Below, one piece after another: positions 36,007 through 48,073 of a DNA stretch of 64,000 nt. Under the pieces are notes generated by a model that saw only the letters and a list, made by a program, of their open reading frames with translations, was not told where the DNA came from and made no database searches. The stretch is taken from the NCBI RefSeq assembly GCF_000143415.4, contig NW_003314337.1, positions 140,559 to 204,558 of the forward strand, written 5' to 3'. Both the position numbers and the translations under genes were made by a program. This DNA comes from Selaginella moellendorffii. Taxonomy: Eukaryota > Plantae > Lycopodiophyta. Positions within the stretch are counted from its first letter, which is position 1. The number at the start of each line of letters is the position of its first letter.

Positions 36007-37912
36007 ATGGAGGAATGGGAGATCTTTGTTCGTTCGCTCGCAGAGAGGTATGGATTGCAACAGCAGCAGAGCCAGTCCGAGAGTCAAGAGGATCAAGAAC
36101 ATCGTTGGGTAACCTCCTCCGTCAAGAAGCAGCACGACGACGACGACCACTACGTTCGGGATGATGCTGGCATGGCCCCGAGCCAAGATCCTGTGCTGCC
36201 CTGCGTTCTTGAATGCAGTACCAGCAGTACGACCGAAGGATATAATGATTGCCAGGAATCGGCTGCGGCCCAAGGTATCACTGCTACCTTTGCCAGCCGT
36301 ACACACAAGATTCTTTCCCCAGGCCCGGCTGCTGCTGTCTCGCGCCTCGAGCGCACCACCAGTAGCCCAGTCGCAGATGTTTCATATAATAGGCCAGCCT
36401 CGCCAACTTCCGTGCTAGCGGCTGCCCACACATGTAGTAGCAGCGACAGCAGCGCTGCCACAGACGTCCCCTTCAACCGCGGCCAATCGTCGGATTGTAA
36501 TCTGCTCCCCGTCGCCAACACTCTACTCGCGGGTGCGGGTTTCCCTCCAATCACAAAACCGCTTTCCGGGGAGCAGCTGCTCGGAACTGTAGTAGACCTC
36601 GCCCGGGAATACGTACGAAGAGAGAGCTTTATTCAGGTTCACAAAATGTTCCCCGCATGTCCCTTAGCGTTTCCCTGCAGGAGCTTTTAGAGGAGGCGGA
36701 GAGGAGTCGCAGACAAGAGGAGCAGAGCAACCTTCTCTTGGTACGGCAGGATGGCGAACTGCAACTGTGGAAGAAGAAGTTGGCGTCATCGGAGCAACGG
36801 TCGCAGGCAGCTCTGTCTGCAGCCGCCAAGGCTGCCTCAAGGTTTCGGAGGGAGCTCCAGTCCCTCGAGGCCACCAACTCAAACCTCCAACAGCGCTGTA
36901 GGTATGTCATGGTGCGTTGATCAACTCGATAGTTTCTTTCCTTTGGAGCAGCCAACTGGAACACAACTGCCGGTCTAAAGAACGGGACGCTCGCAAGTAC
37001 CAGACGAGGCTGCTGGAATCGATTGAAAAGGTGGCCATAGCTTTCTCTCTATGTCATGGATCCGGAGACATTGATTAAATCCATGGTCGGCGGTCATGCA
37101 AGCAGGAGGAGAGCCAGCGGTCAAAGGATGTCGAGTGCTACAGAAACATTAAGAACAAGGTCATGCGAGCACGCCAGGCACGAGGAGCAAGCGGTGGTCT
37201 CGACTGGAATCTCCTGTCCCGAGACCTGAAGCCGTTACAGCTGGTAAAGCCGACTTTCAGTTTTTGTGGTTCGACTCTCCCTGCTTGCTGATGAGACCAC
37301 AGGTGGGCATTTATGAGAAGCAAAAGGCGACAATGGCCTGGGAGCTGGGCGACTTGCGCTCCCAAGTGACTTCGCTGTGTCACGAGCTCCAGCACAAGGA
37401 GAACAACGCTGCCGCCACCCGACAGCACGATGTATGTATGCCCGATGCATTGCTTCAAACACTCTCGAAGTTCCACCTCGTGCAGATTACGGACCGTTGT
37501 GGTGGGAAAAATCACAGCCAAGCCACCACCTTGTTAGAGCAGCTTTGCGACAAGCTGCAGGTTGGGAGTGCCGCTCAGTTGGCGGTGAGAACACTCCGCT
37601 TGATATGCTTCCACCACTGATATTCCCTCTCTTGCGTGAGCCAGGGTGCAGTCGAAAGCTTGCTTATGGTCAATACTGCAGTCCCGTCTTTGGAGGATTT
37701 TGTGGAACAAGTCTGCGACGTCGTCCTGGTTGCTGGACGGGAGTTTCTTCCAAGGTGACGACGAACCTACGAGTAGCTCAAGTCTCTTGCCCGTACTGAT
37801 ATTAGTTTGCGGTTATGCCAGACCCACAGAAAGTCCGTGCGAAGTTCCCAGAATTCTGGAGGGGTGGCTGGATGTTCTGTCTGCGGTAACTAGAAGCCAA
37901 TCGATCTCGTAG
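36007..37912 (+). CDS. Coiled-coil protein, probable CEP70/CRC70-like centriolar protein
   Basis: Spliced coiled-coil ORF. ANTLLAGAGFPPI...RRESFIQEL, LCDKLQV...AVPSLEDFVEQVC and EVPRILEGWLDVL recall CEP70 blocks. The gene is clear; the identity is tentative. Confidence 0.5.
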
Positions 37913-38635
37913 CTATTTGATGAAGGGGATTCCCGATGGAACACGCCGAGCGTAATCTTCGTACTGGGATCCAAAGAAGCGGCGGAGAAAGTACTCCTCG
38001 CAGCTGACGACAGGTAGTGTTATGAAGGAAAAGAGTAACAAGGAGGCAACATACGCAATGCGAGAGTGAAAGAATCTCCAGGTGACAATCGCGTAGGCGA
38101 TGGTGCACAAGGGGTTGAGCATCATCACCTGTGTTCCCACGGACCACAGAAAGAAGCCGGCATAGCCAGGATGGCGAAGGAAGCTGGAGCGCAGGTCAGT
38201 GAGACGGGCGCGGCGGCATGAATTCTTCGATCACGCACCTGTACATCCCGTGCGTGACGAGGATGTGATTGTCATGGCGGTGAGTCTTGATGTCGTGAGT
38301 GAAGCCATTCCACGCGGTTAGAATTCCCGCCTTGCGAATCATCTCCCCCGCGACCACGAGAGCGAGGCCCGCGTTGCTGATCCACGGGTGCTCCTTGATT
38401 CCTGGAACCACCAAGCTCTCCGCAAGATGCTCCAGAACGCCCGCAGCCATGGCCACGAGGTAGTCGCGGCTAAAGAGGAACGCTGCCTGTCTACTAAGTC
38501 AACGTGCTTGCGAAACAAGGGAATCTTACACTTCCAGGAGACGTGATGGCGGCCATGGATGAGCAACGCGAGGGCGAACTCGGAGCTGTGGAAGAAGGAG
38601 AGCGCACCAACGAGGAGGGCGAGCTGGTGGATCAT
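37913..38635 (-). CDS. ICMT: Protein-S-isoprenylcysteine O-methyltransferase (STE14/ICMT)
   Basis: FFHSSEF, GEMIRKAGILTA..FTH.IK, HILVTHGMY..RHPGY.GFF, RI..EE.FL..FFG..Y.DY..RVPSGIPFIK. Confidence 0.95.
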
Positions 38636-38697
38636 TCTATCGCCCTAGCGTACTGAGCTAGCCCTACTGGATGGATGAGCTGGACGACCACTAGTAA

Positions 38698-38703
38698 CAC
38701 GTG
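38698..38703 (+). promoter_or_regulatory. G-box CACGTG in the ICMT/AOC divergent promoter
   Basis: AACACGTGGT about 115 bp upstream of the AOC ATG. Confidence 0.45.
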
Positions 38704-38712
38704 GTCCTGTCT

Positions 38713-38763
38713 GGCAAGCACGGTCGCTGTTGTTTGGCCAAGCACGATCACTGTTGTTGGCCC
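38713..38763. repeat. Two-copy tandem repeat of about 24 bp (GGC(C)AAGCACG.TC.CTGTTGTT) in the ICMT/AOC promoter
   Basis: ggcaagcacggtcgctgttgttt / ggccaagcacgatcactgttgttggccc. Confidence 0.75.
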
Positions 38764-38816
38764 AAAGAGTTCCAATCCATTTGGAGTTTGCCCGCATCAC
38801 AGCACTAGCTAGCAGC

Positions 38817-39715
38817 ATGGCAAGTTCCCTGGCGCCATTGGGGCTGGGAGCGGCAACAGGGGACCACAACGCGAATGCTTGCAAGGCCACCTTGCTCCGC
38901 TCGTCTTTCTGCACGCCCAATCGCCTTGCATCCTCTTGGATCCGCTTGGTTCCCTTGACGGCGAGATCAGCTGCCATTGTCCCCTCACCCAAGTGCTTCT
39001 TCGGGAGCTTCTCTCGGGACAAAGGTAAGAACTTAAGCTCTCTTGTCCGATTATGTCTGTGTGTCGGATGGATTGGCCGCAGCGCAGCAGCCGCGTGAGG
39101 TGCAAACCCTGTCCGTGTACGAGATCAACGAGCTGGACAGGGGCAGCCCCGTGCTTCTCAAGGGGGACAAAGCCAAGCCAACCAATGCGCTGGGCGACCT
39201 GGTTCCTTTCTCCAACAAAGTAAGCCCGCTACACGAACTTTGCCTCGCTCTTGATGATGCCCATGGCAGCTCTACGATGGTTGCTTGGAGACGCGGCTGG
39301 GGATCACTGCTGGCCTGTGTGTGCTCATCAAACACGTTCCTGGCAAAGGAGATCGATACGAGGCCACCTACAGCTTCTACTTCGGGGACTACGGCCACAT
39401 CTCCGTTCAGGTATAGATCCCTCTTCCGGATGAATATGGGTTGTGATGGAGGGCTGGAATCAGGGGGCCTACATCACGTACCAGGATACGTACATGGCGA
39501 TCACCGGCGGGAGTGGCATCTTCAACGGGGCTCGCGGCCAGGTGAAGCTGCAGCAGATCATCTTCCCGACCAAGCTCTTCTACACCTTCTACTTGGAGGG
39601 CATCGCCAAGCTTCCGGCGCAGCTGACCAAGCCTCACGTTGCTCCGGCCAAGCACGTCGAGCCATCCCCCTCGGCCCGTCAAGGGCAGTCCGTTGCTCCA
39701 AACTTCACAGATTAA
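38817..39715 (+). CDS. AOC: Allene oxide cyclase (OPDA/jasmonate biosynthesis), plastid transit peptide
   Basis: [66 protein letters not shown]. Confidence 0.96.
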
Positions 39716-39840
39716 TAAGTGTGGCACATTAAGCAATGCGATGTATTTAAGCAGTGATCCCACTGAGGCACTGCCCTAGATTTGCTCTGCGCAGCTGAGA
39801 AAGAGGTACGCTGGGCTACACAGATTGATATGCGCGCGAC

Positions 39841-42281
39841 ATGGCCAAGCAGCAGCGCGCCGACAGGCGCTCCCCCGTCGTCCCAGCGGCGATCTGCATT
39901 GGCGTCAGCTTCGCGCTCGTGGCCGCCTGGATGCTGCTTGCTCCCGCCACGCCCCAGCGCGTAGCCACGCATAGATCTGGACCACCTCTCCTCAACAAGG
40001 TGGCCGTTTCGGGGGCGAAAATTGACACACAAGTCTTTGAGGATTCCAGGATTGATGGCGACTCGGAAGCGTCAGATCCGGAATCCAGGGGGTCGGACAG
40101 GGAAGCTGAGGAGGCAGCTCACTCCGACGGGGATGCCGAGCTCACAGTGGAGAACAAGGAGATCGACGGCAACTTGGCCACTCAAGCCGAGGAATCACAA
40201 GAGGAGAAGGAAGAAAACCAGAGGCTAGACAGTGGCTCCTTGGAAATCCCACACTACGACTGGAAGCTGTGCTCGTCCGCTGCTGGATCCGACTATATCC
40301 CATGCCTGGACAACGTCAGGGCCATCAAGAGCCTCAAGAGCACCAAGCACTACGAGCACAGGGAGAGGCACTGCCCCCTTGACGAGGGGAGCCGCTTGTG
40401 TCTAGTGCCGCTTCCGGACGGCTACAGGCCTCGCATTCCTTGGCCCAGGAGCAGAAGCGAGGTAACCAGCTCTTTGTTTCTTACGCTACCTCTACAGTCT
40501 TATAGAGTTGTTTGGTTGCAGATCTGGTATTACAATGTTCCACACACGGGTCTAGTCTCGTACAAAGCTGACCAGCAGTGGGTGATGCGCAAGGATGACG
40601 TGCTTGTCTTCCCCGGCGGAGGGACACAGTTCAAGAAGGGCGCGACGCGATATATCGAGTTTGTGGAGAAGGTACGCTCGATATATCGTGCTGACGGTGC
40701 CAGCTGAAGATGATTGTCGTGCAGACTCTGCCAGCCATTGCCTGGGGAACGCACACTCGTGTTGTTCTGGATGTTGGTTGCGGTGTGGCTAGCTTTGGGG
40801 GTTACCTGTTTGACAAGGACGTGCTTACCATGTCTTTCGCTCCCAAGGACGAGCACGAAGCGCAGGTCCAGTTTGCGCTGGAGCGTGGAATCCCCGCAAT
40901 CTCAGCGGTGATGGGAACAACGCGGCTTCCTTTTCCTAGCAATGTTTACGATGCAGTACACTGTGCTCGCTGCAGAGTACCATGGCATGTTGAAGGTTAG
41001 CACGTCTTGACTCTCGGGCATGAAATCCAACTCGGCATTTCAGGCGCCAAGCTGTTGTTGGAGCTCAACAGGGTTCTTCGCCCCGGAGGCTATTTCATCT
41101 GGTCCGCCACCCCTGTCTATCAACACGAGCCTGAGGACGTTCAGATATGGAAAGGTGCTTGTTTCTGTGCGACTCTCGCTTCTTCTAACCCGTGGCTGCG
41201 AGTATTACAGAGACGACTAGCGCGGCATCGAAAATGTGCTGGAAGAGGCTGGCTAGAACAAAAGATCCTCTGACTGGTATCGGGGTAGCAGTATTTCAAA
41301 AGCCGTGGGATGATACATGCTACCGTCAACGATCTGCCAGTGAGCCTCCAATCTGTGAGAAGGAGGACTCCCCTGATGCTGCATGGTATGCTCTTTTCTA
41401 TTTCCTGCTACTCCTGGTAGTAACCTTATCCGAACTGCACCACGACAGGTATAATCCTCTTGGAGGGTGCATGCATGAAATTGGAAAAGCTCGTGTAGAC
41501 TGGCCTGACGCGTGGCCAGGGCGGCTGGAAGCCACTCCAAAATCTCTCCACGGTCCGTCTGCAGAGGAGTTTGCTTCCGAGACGGAGCATTGGAAGGGTG
41601 TTGTTCGCAACTCGTACGAGAAGAACGTTGGAATCGACTGGGATGGGATACGGAACGTAATGGATATGAGAGCGGGTTATGGCGGGTATAGTCTCCTTCG
41701 ACCTTTCTCTCTTTCTTTGTAAGCGTTTTTAAGTTTCTCTCCTGCAGGTTTGCAGCTGCCTTGGCTACTCTGCCAGTGTGGGTGATGAACGTGGTTCCTG
41801 CAAATGGCGAGGATACGCTACCGATTGTTTTTGATCGAGGTCTTTTCGGGATTTACCACGATTGGTGTGAGTCCTTTAGCACGTATCCGAGAACCTACGA
41901 CCTCCTCCACGCGGACGGTTTGTTCTCGCAGCTGGGAACAAGGTAATCCGTTTCGTTTCTTCTTGCAAGTTCCTCGTTCTTTCGTTTTCTTCCTCTTTTG
42001 GCTTTCTTCCTTCTAACAGCAGTGTGGCTTCTTCTTGCAGCTGTAACGCCAGTCATGTTTTGTTGGAGATGGATAGAATTTTGAGGCCGGAAGGCTGGGC
42101 TCTAATCAGAGACAAGCCAGAAGTTTTGAAGGAACTAGAACCGATCGTCAAGTCGTTGCACTGGGAGGTGAAGGTGCTCTCCTCCTCACGAAAGTCGTCA
42201 CAGGAGGTGGAGGACCAGGAGGAGCAGCAACAGTTTGTGGCCGCTCAGAAGAAGATGTGGCGACCGGAGGCGAGCATTTGA
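39841..42281 (+). CDS. Probable pectin methyltransferase PMT (Methyltransf_29), type II Golgi protein
   Basis: [65 protein letters not shown]. Confidence 0.95.
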
Positions 42282-42407
42282 GGGGTTGTATGTATCATAA
42301 AATCGTCGTCATCACCATCATACAATACTTGATCGGGTGGAGTCCTAAAGCGTTTTTTGGCCGATGGAAAACTTGGCTCTCTGGAAAACTTGGGCTCTCT
42401 TCTACTC

Positions 42408-43103
42408 CTACTTGTAGCCGTAAGGATCCGGGACGAAAGACAGTGGTGCCGCGGAAGAGTCTTTGTAGTAGCCGAGGCCGGCGGCGTAGAGATGATCCGA
42501 GGGAGCGGGCGAGGATGAAGACGACGATGGTTTCTTGGTGGAGACGAGCAAGGATGGCTCGCCTCGTATGGAGCCCCTGTGGTCGCCTTCAATCTCCCGG
42601 TACTTGTGGAGGAAGAGCGAGAGCGGGTCGGCGTAATCGTCGAATCCGAGCTTGCTCATGGCCCAGAGGAGGTCCTCGGCGGTGATGGTCTTGCGCTGCT
42701 CGCGCTGGCATTTGTCGTTGGCCTCGCTGGTGATGAAGCTGATGAACTCGGACACGCACTCTTGGATCGTCTCCTTGGCGTCGTCGGAGATCTTGGCGTG
42801 CGCCGGCAGCACCTTGCGCATGATCCGGATGACGTTGGCGATGGGCATGAAGCGGTCCTGCTCCCGGATGCTGCTGCAGTTGGCATCGTCCGAGTTGCGG
42901 CTGTCTGTGCTCGCGGGACTCCCCGCGTCCGTCATCGTCGCCGCCCCTCCTACAAACGGAGAAAAGGCCCTATGATCTCTCTCAATCCAACTCGAGAATC
43001 TATCTCCAACTGGGTGGTGCCGCTTACCTTCAGCGACACACGAAGTGCCGCATACCCGCCCGAAATCCGTCCCAAATCTGACGCTTGCTGCCACCCCTTG
43101 CAT
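42408..43103 (-). CDS. LEC1: NF-YB (HAP3) transcription factor, LEC1-type
   Basis: [40 protein letters not shown]...[23 protein letters not shown] carries LEC1-type residues. Start is either 43103 (with an in-frame GT-AG intron) or 42935. Confidence 0.9.
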   Translation of the reverse strand: MQGVAASVRFGTDFGRVCGTSCVAEGKRHHPVGDRFSSWIERDHRAFSPFVGGAATMTDAGSPASTDSRNSDDANCSSIREQDRFMPIANVIRIMRKVLPAHAKISDDAKETIQECVSEFISFITSEANDKCQREQRKTITAEDLLWAMSKLGFDDYADPLSLFLHKYREIEGDHRGSIRGEPSLLVSTKKPSSSSSSPAPSDHLYAAGLGYYKDSSAAPLSFVPDPYGYK

Positions 43104-43223
43104 GTTTATATGTTGCTTTGTTAAGATGCCATGTCAAATTAAGCAAAAACTGCATGATACAGCTTTTACTTAAGTATAATACGCTCGCATTTTTAGGGCT
43201 ACACAGAGCTGGTTGTATGTGCT

Positions 43224-44724
43224 ATGCGGAGGAGCGTCGCCGCAGCTCGAGGTATGCACAGCCACAAGGAGGCATTGCTCAGGAGATGGCAGTCTCTCAC
43301 CGGGGATTGCGAGCCGCCGCCTGCCATGCTCGTCAAGCTCGTCGAGGAGACGGCTACCAAGATTGAGTCTCTCGGCCCTCCTCTCAAAGTCGAGGTGGTT
43401 TGAGTGGTTTGAGTGGAGTGGACGAGTAATACTGGAATTTGTTTGCAGCTCGAAGAGGACAAAAGGCATCGTGCTGTTTATAGAAGCATTGCGGATTCGG
43501 AGCAGAAGCTGCAGTTTTTCTCTGCCCGGCAGATTGCGTGCCGGCTGCTGAGCGCCGATGGCTACCTGTGTGACGGGGTATGCGATCTTTCTCTCGCCCG
43601 TAAATTTTTTTTTTCTTGGTGCTTTGTCTATTTCTAGTGCTGGCTGCCTCGTCTGGAAGATTGCATCTGCAACAAGATCGTCAAGGGATCGCTGTGGCGC
43701 GGTATCAAGCTTTGGCTCTACATGCATCCCAAGGTAGTGTCGCTCCTTTCGTGTCCTGTATTTTTACTCTCTCCGCGCTCTTCGTTAAAGGATTCAGCTT
43801 TGAGTGTGGGGGCATGCTGTGCTATTTGGTATGAGCCTGCCTGCTGACTTGGCGTGATTCAAGTGACTCGTGCTTCTCCTGTGCAGGATTTCCTGAGGAA
43901 GAACAATACCGGGAAGCTGCTCTGGCAAACCTTTGGGTTTGAGGCGGTGAAGCTGTGCATATTTGGCGTGGAGCAGCAAGAGAATGCCATGTGGAGCGCT
44001 CTTCAGCAGGCTGGTTTGTGGATAGATGGACCAGACAAGTATCACTCACTTATTGAGCTTTGCCTTGTGTGTACAGGCCACGAGAATGTGTGGTGTGTCT
44101 ATCCGGGACGGGATGAAACTGGATACCGGGTCGACGAGATTCCAATTGCAGACGTGTTTGTGGAGGAAGCATCAAAGCGGTCGGAGGTAAAGCTGAAGGA
44201 TACGTCGAGGGGGCATAACTCGAAATGCTTTATAGGAGGAGGCTGCGTGTGCACTTCACTTCATTTTGATGGATGGAACTTGGACCAACTCCAAGGCCAT
44301 GCTCAGTCGCATCAACGTAAGCATATCTTTTCTCTTTTGCTTTGAGCAGCTGTCCCTTCCCAGATTCGCGCCAATCGAGCATGGAACGATGCGGTCCCTT
44401 GCGTGACTTTAGAGCCACTTCTGCCCTCGGCAATGCATGCACTGAGGTAAAAGCTCCGCAGTGTCGATTTGTTTCCACAGCTAAAGCGCAAGCACTAGCA
44501 GGCCCCAGCCGTCCACTGAGAAAACTTGCACAGCAGCCGCCGCGAGTCAACTGCTGCGCGAGCTAAGCTCCCGCAGAGAGATGGCGCTGGTGGGGGCTCA
44601 ACTCGAGGAATCGGCTCGAGTGATTGATAAGTCGATCACTTGTCTCTTCGATTCACTTGCCTGCCGACGGAAGCGTGGGGGCAAGCCACTTTGTCGGCTG
44701 CCAGCCCAGTTGCAGCAGCTGTGA
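43224..44724 (+). CDS. DTW-domain protein (tRNA-uridine aminocarboxypropyltransferase family)
   Basis: C..CWLP..DC.C, YMHPKDFLRKNNTGKLLWQ, FILMDGTWTNSKAM (DXTW motif), RPQPS..KTCTAAAA. Confidence 0.88.
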
Positions 44725-45238
44725 TGGAGGAGGAGCGAGGAGCTCTCGACTTGCTCTCTCATCAGTGTTCGTTAAGATTTCCATTCGAGTGACAGAGACG
44801 GGGCTCCACTACCAAATATAAAAAACAAGGGGGTGATCATCTCCTCCTCAGTTGCAGTGGTGGTGTCATGCTCTTGCTATGGTCGGCTGGCTTTTTCCGG
44901 GGTGTGTCTGGCCACGTTTCACATTACGGCAATAGCCGGTGAAAGGTATGCTAGCTTCAAGGCCCGGCGATCCGGCAGGGGGGAAATATATTCTTTTTTG
45001 CAACTTTGTTAACTCATGCTCATGTCATACAGGACGGGCTCGGCCTCATATAGGATGGGCAGTCATTTGTTTTCTGGTGGACTGCGGCGCTCGCCATCCC
45101 TTCATCTGGTGGGAGGGGGCCGTCAGGGGATCCGGTGGTGCGGCTCAAATGTAGGGATGGATTCATTGGTTGGCACCTAAACGGCGGAGAGTGACGGGGC
45201 TCTCCTCCGGTTGGGTCCATCCAAGAGGGTGCACAGGA

Positions 45239-46364
45239 ATGGAGGCGACGACGACGATCGAGGACCTGGATCGGGAGGACGAGGACCTGGAGACATGGGG
45301 GGATTTGGCTCCCGAGCTTCTGGCCAACGTGGTGGAGAGGGTGCAGCAGAGCAAAGGCCAAGCGAGGCGCGTGGTTGCAATGGCCGGGGTTTGCCGATCG
45401 TGGAGGCGCCAGATCCTTGGCTTCGTCCAGCGGCAGGGTAGCAAGGTTGGGGATTGGGCCGCTTCCGCCCCGCCTTCATGCCCAGTGATCGAGTTCCCGT
45501 GGAGACTGATGCAGCCGGGGCCTCGGGGTCATCATCCTCCGATCCAGTGCTTGCTCACGCGCAAGGGGAACCACTTTCTTCTGTACCAGACCCTCATGAG
45601 CGGTGGTGTGGACGCGTCGGATGCGGGTGCTCATGGCGACGACAAGCACTTCCTCTTGGCTGCCCGCCGGAGATGGCTCCCGACTGGATTCTCGTACATC
45701 GTCGGGAAGGACCCGCAAGATCTCATGGACAAGCAGGGCCCGGACACTCTTGGCAAGCTCAAGTCCAACTTTTGGGCGTCCGAGTTTGTGCTGTGGGAGA
45801 AGCAAGACGACGCGGATGACGACGACGGCAAGACCAGCAGCATTCCGGTGGTAAGCTTGAGATTTGTAGAGCATATAGTGAACGGGATCCGGCAGAGACG
45901 CATCCAGTGCGCTCTCCCGCAGCCATGCAAAGCTGGCGGCGGCCTCAGTTTTGTTCTCGAGAGGCGGAGGCTGAGGAACGAGCGCAGGCTGATGCCTGCG
46001 TCGGTCAGGTCGTGGCTGCTCACGTGGAGCTGTGCTTCCCCATATGCTAGCTTCAAGAGCTGCGGTAGCAGCAGCGGCAACAGGATCAGGCGGAGGAGTA
46101 GACGGTCGTCGATGCTGGAGATTGCTGCCACAAGCCGATCGGCTGCGGCGGTGGTGGCTCTCCCTCCGGCTGCTGCTGCTTTGATGCCGGTGATGATGCA
46201 AGCCGAGGGAGACGAGAGTGAGGTGGAGTCGGAGGCCTGCCATCACCTGGAGCTGCGGAGCAAAGTTCCTGCATGGGATGCCCAGCAGCAGTGCTGGTCG
46301 CTTGACTTCAAAGGCCGAGCAACGATGCCATCCATGCACAACTTTCAGCTGATTAGCGCCGACA

Positions 46365-46424
<60 letters not shown>

Positions 46425-46555
46425 CGATAATCTTGCAGCTGGGCAAGATCGACAAGAACGTCTATACCATGGATTTTTGCTACCCGCTGTCGGCGTTCCA
46501 GGCGTTTGCAATCTGCCTCAGCAGCTTTGCCACTAGTGCGGGGCTTGAGCCGTGA
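45239..46555 (+). CDS. Tubby-like F-box protein, intronless and divergent
   Basis: F-box W.DLAPELL...AGVCRSWR, QPGPR...IQC, GKLKSNF, W...QCWSLDFKGRAT..S.HNFQL, FCYPLSAFQAFAICLSSF. Confidence 0.92.
46362..46423. repeat. Compound (AGC)n(AAC)n microsatellite encoding poly-Ser/poly-Asn in the Tubby domain
   Basis: agcagc...aacaacaac run. Confidence 0.92.
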
Positions 46556-46702
46556 CGAAAGTTCTCGAGGCACAAACAAAGCAAATAAGTAAAGCGTTTT
46601 GAGTTTGAGGAGAGGGAGGTGAGCGAGCAAGTTAAAACAGTGAAGTAGGAAGGGAATAAACCCAAGGTATGACCTTTCATCCGTGTTCGTAGCTAGCGAC
46701 GA

Positions 46703-47993
46703 ATGGCTAGCCTCACGAAATTGAATCCGTCCTTGTTCTTCACCGCGCGTGGCCACCACCTCCGCCGCCATGCCTACTGTTGTTCCAGGCTTGCCTTGAG
46801 AGGCCCGAAGGGTGCCATAGCTGCTGCTGCTGCTGGGGACTCTCCTCCTCCCTCCAGTTCCAGGTAAGCCAGCCTCCAACCCCGTATGGACGAATTTGTG
46901 AGCTCCTCCTTTCTTCTCTAGAGCAGATGCGGAGAATGCCGGCGTGGCGGGTTTCTGCATCATCGAAGGGCCAAACACAGTGCAGGATTTTGCAGCCATG
47001 GAGCTGCAGGAAATTCGTGACAACATCATGAGCCGCCGCAACAAAATCTTTCTGCTCATGGAGGAGGCGAGTGTGGGATTCGATTCTAATGGGTACGATG
47101 TTGAGCAAACCCGTGTGTTTCCGCAGGTGAGAAGGCTGCGGATCCAGCTGCGAATCAAGAACGCAGAGCAAGGAGTGGAAGATGACAGGGATACGCCCGA
47201 GTATCCATCGTCCATTCCCTTCTTTCCTCCACTCGTAAGTTTCGTCGCATGGAATCAAATCCAAACTCGTGTCTCTTTTCTTCCAGAAAACGGAGACCTT
47301 GAAGCTCTACTACGCAATTTGCTTCGGCCTCATCGCAAGCATCATGCTTTTTGGAGGCCTTCTCGCCCCTTCCGTGAGTTCTCTCTTTTTCTATTACGTG
47401 GCTTTTTCACCCTGAGCTCTTGATCTCCAGTTGGAACTCAAGCTGGGACTGGGCGGTTCTTCGTACAAGGATTTTATCCAGATGCTGCATCTTCCGCTCC
47501 AGCTCAGGTACTTAGCTGCGGCAGTAAACTCAAAAGGTGGTGTTTTTGCAAATCCAGCCAGGTGGATCCAATTGTGGCTTCCTTCTCGGGTGGCGCGGTG
47601 GGCGTGATCTCGGCTCTAATGGTGGTGGAGATCAACAACGTGAAGCAGCAGGACTACAAGCGGTGCAAGTACTGCGTAGGGACCGGCTACCTCGCCTGTG
47701 CGCGCTGCTCTGGAACTGGAACCGTCTTGATCCTGCCCGACACAGCTTCGCCAGAAGTGCCAGCAGGAGGAGCAGCAGCAGCAGGAGCGAGAGGAAAATC
47801 GAAAATCCGCCGGACGACCACGCAGAGGTGTCCCAATTGCTCGGGAGCAGCCAAGGTGATGGACCTTTTTCTTTTGTTGTGTGTGTGTGTTTTCGTGACT
47901 TTTGCGGGAATGCAGGTGATGTGCCCGACTTGCCTGTGCACGGGAATGGCTCTGGCCAGCGAGCACGACCCCCGGATCGACCCATTCGACTGA
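46703..47993 (+). CDS. OR: ORANGE protein (DnaJ-like Cys-rich zinc finger, plastid)
   Basis: GFCIIEGP.TVQDF..MELQEI.DNI.SRRNKIFL.MEEVRRLRIQ, CKYC.GTGYLACARC, MCPTCLCTGMALASEHDPRIDPFD. Confidence 0.96.
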
Positions 47994-48073
47994 GATGTCG
48001 CTGGATATGTATTTTGGCTATATAATCTTAAGTGGGCCGACCTACTAAGGGCTTGGCTAGGGCTTGGTGATCC

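Noticed and set aside
45476-47215. 579-aa minus-strand ORF
   Set aside because: Antisense shadow of the GC-rich Tubby and ORANGE genes, low complexity, with no recognisable domain.
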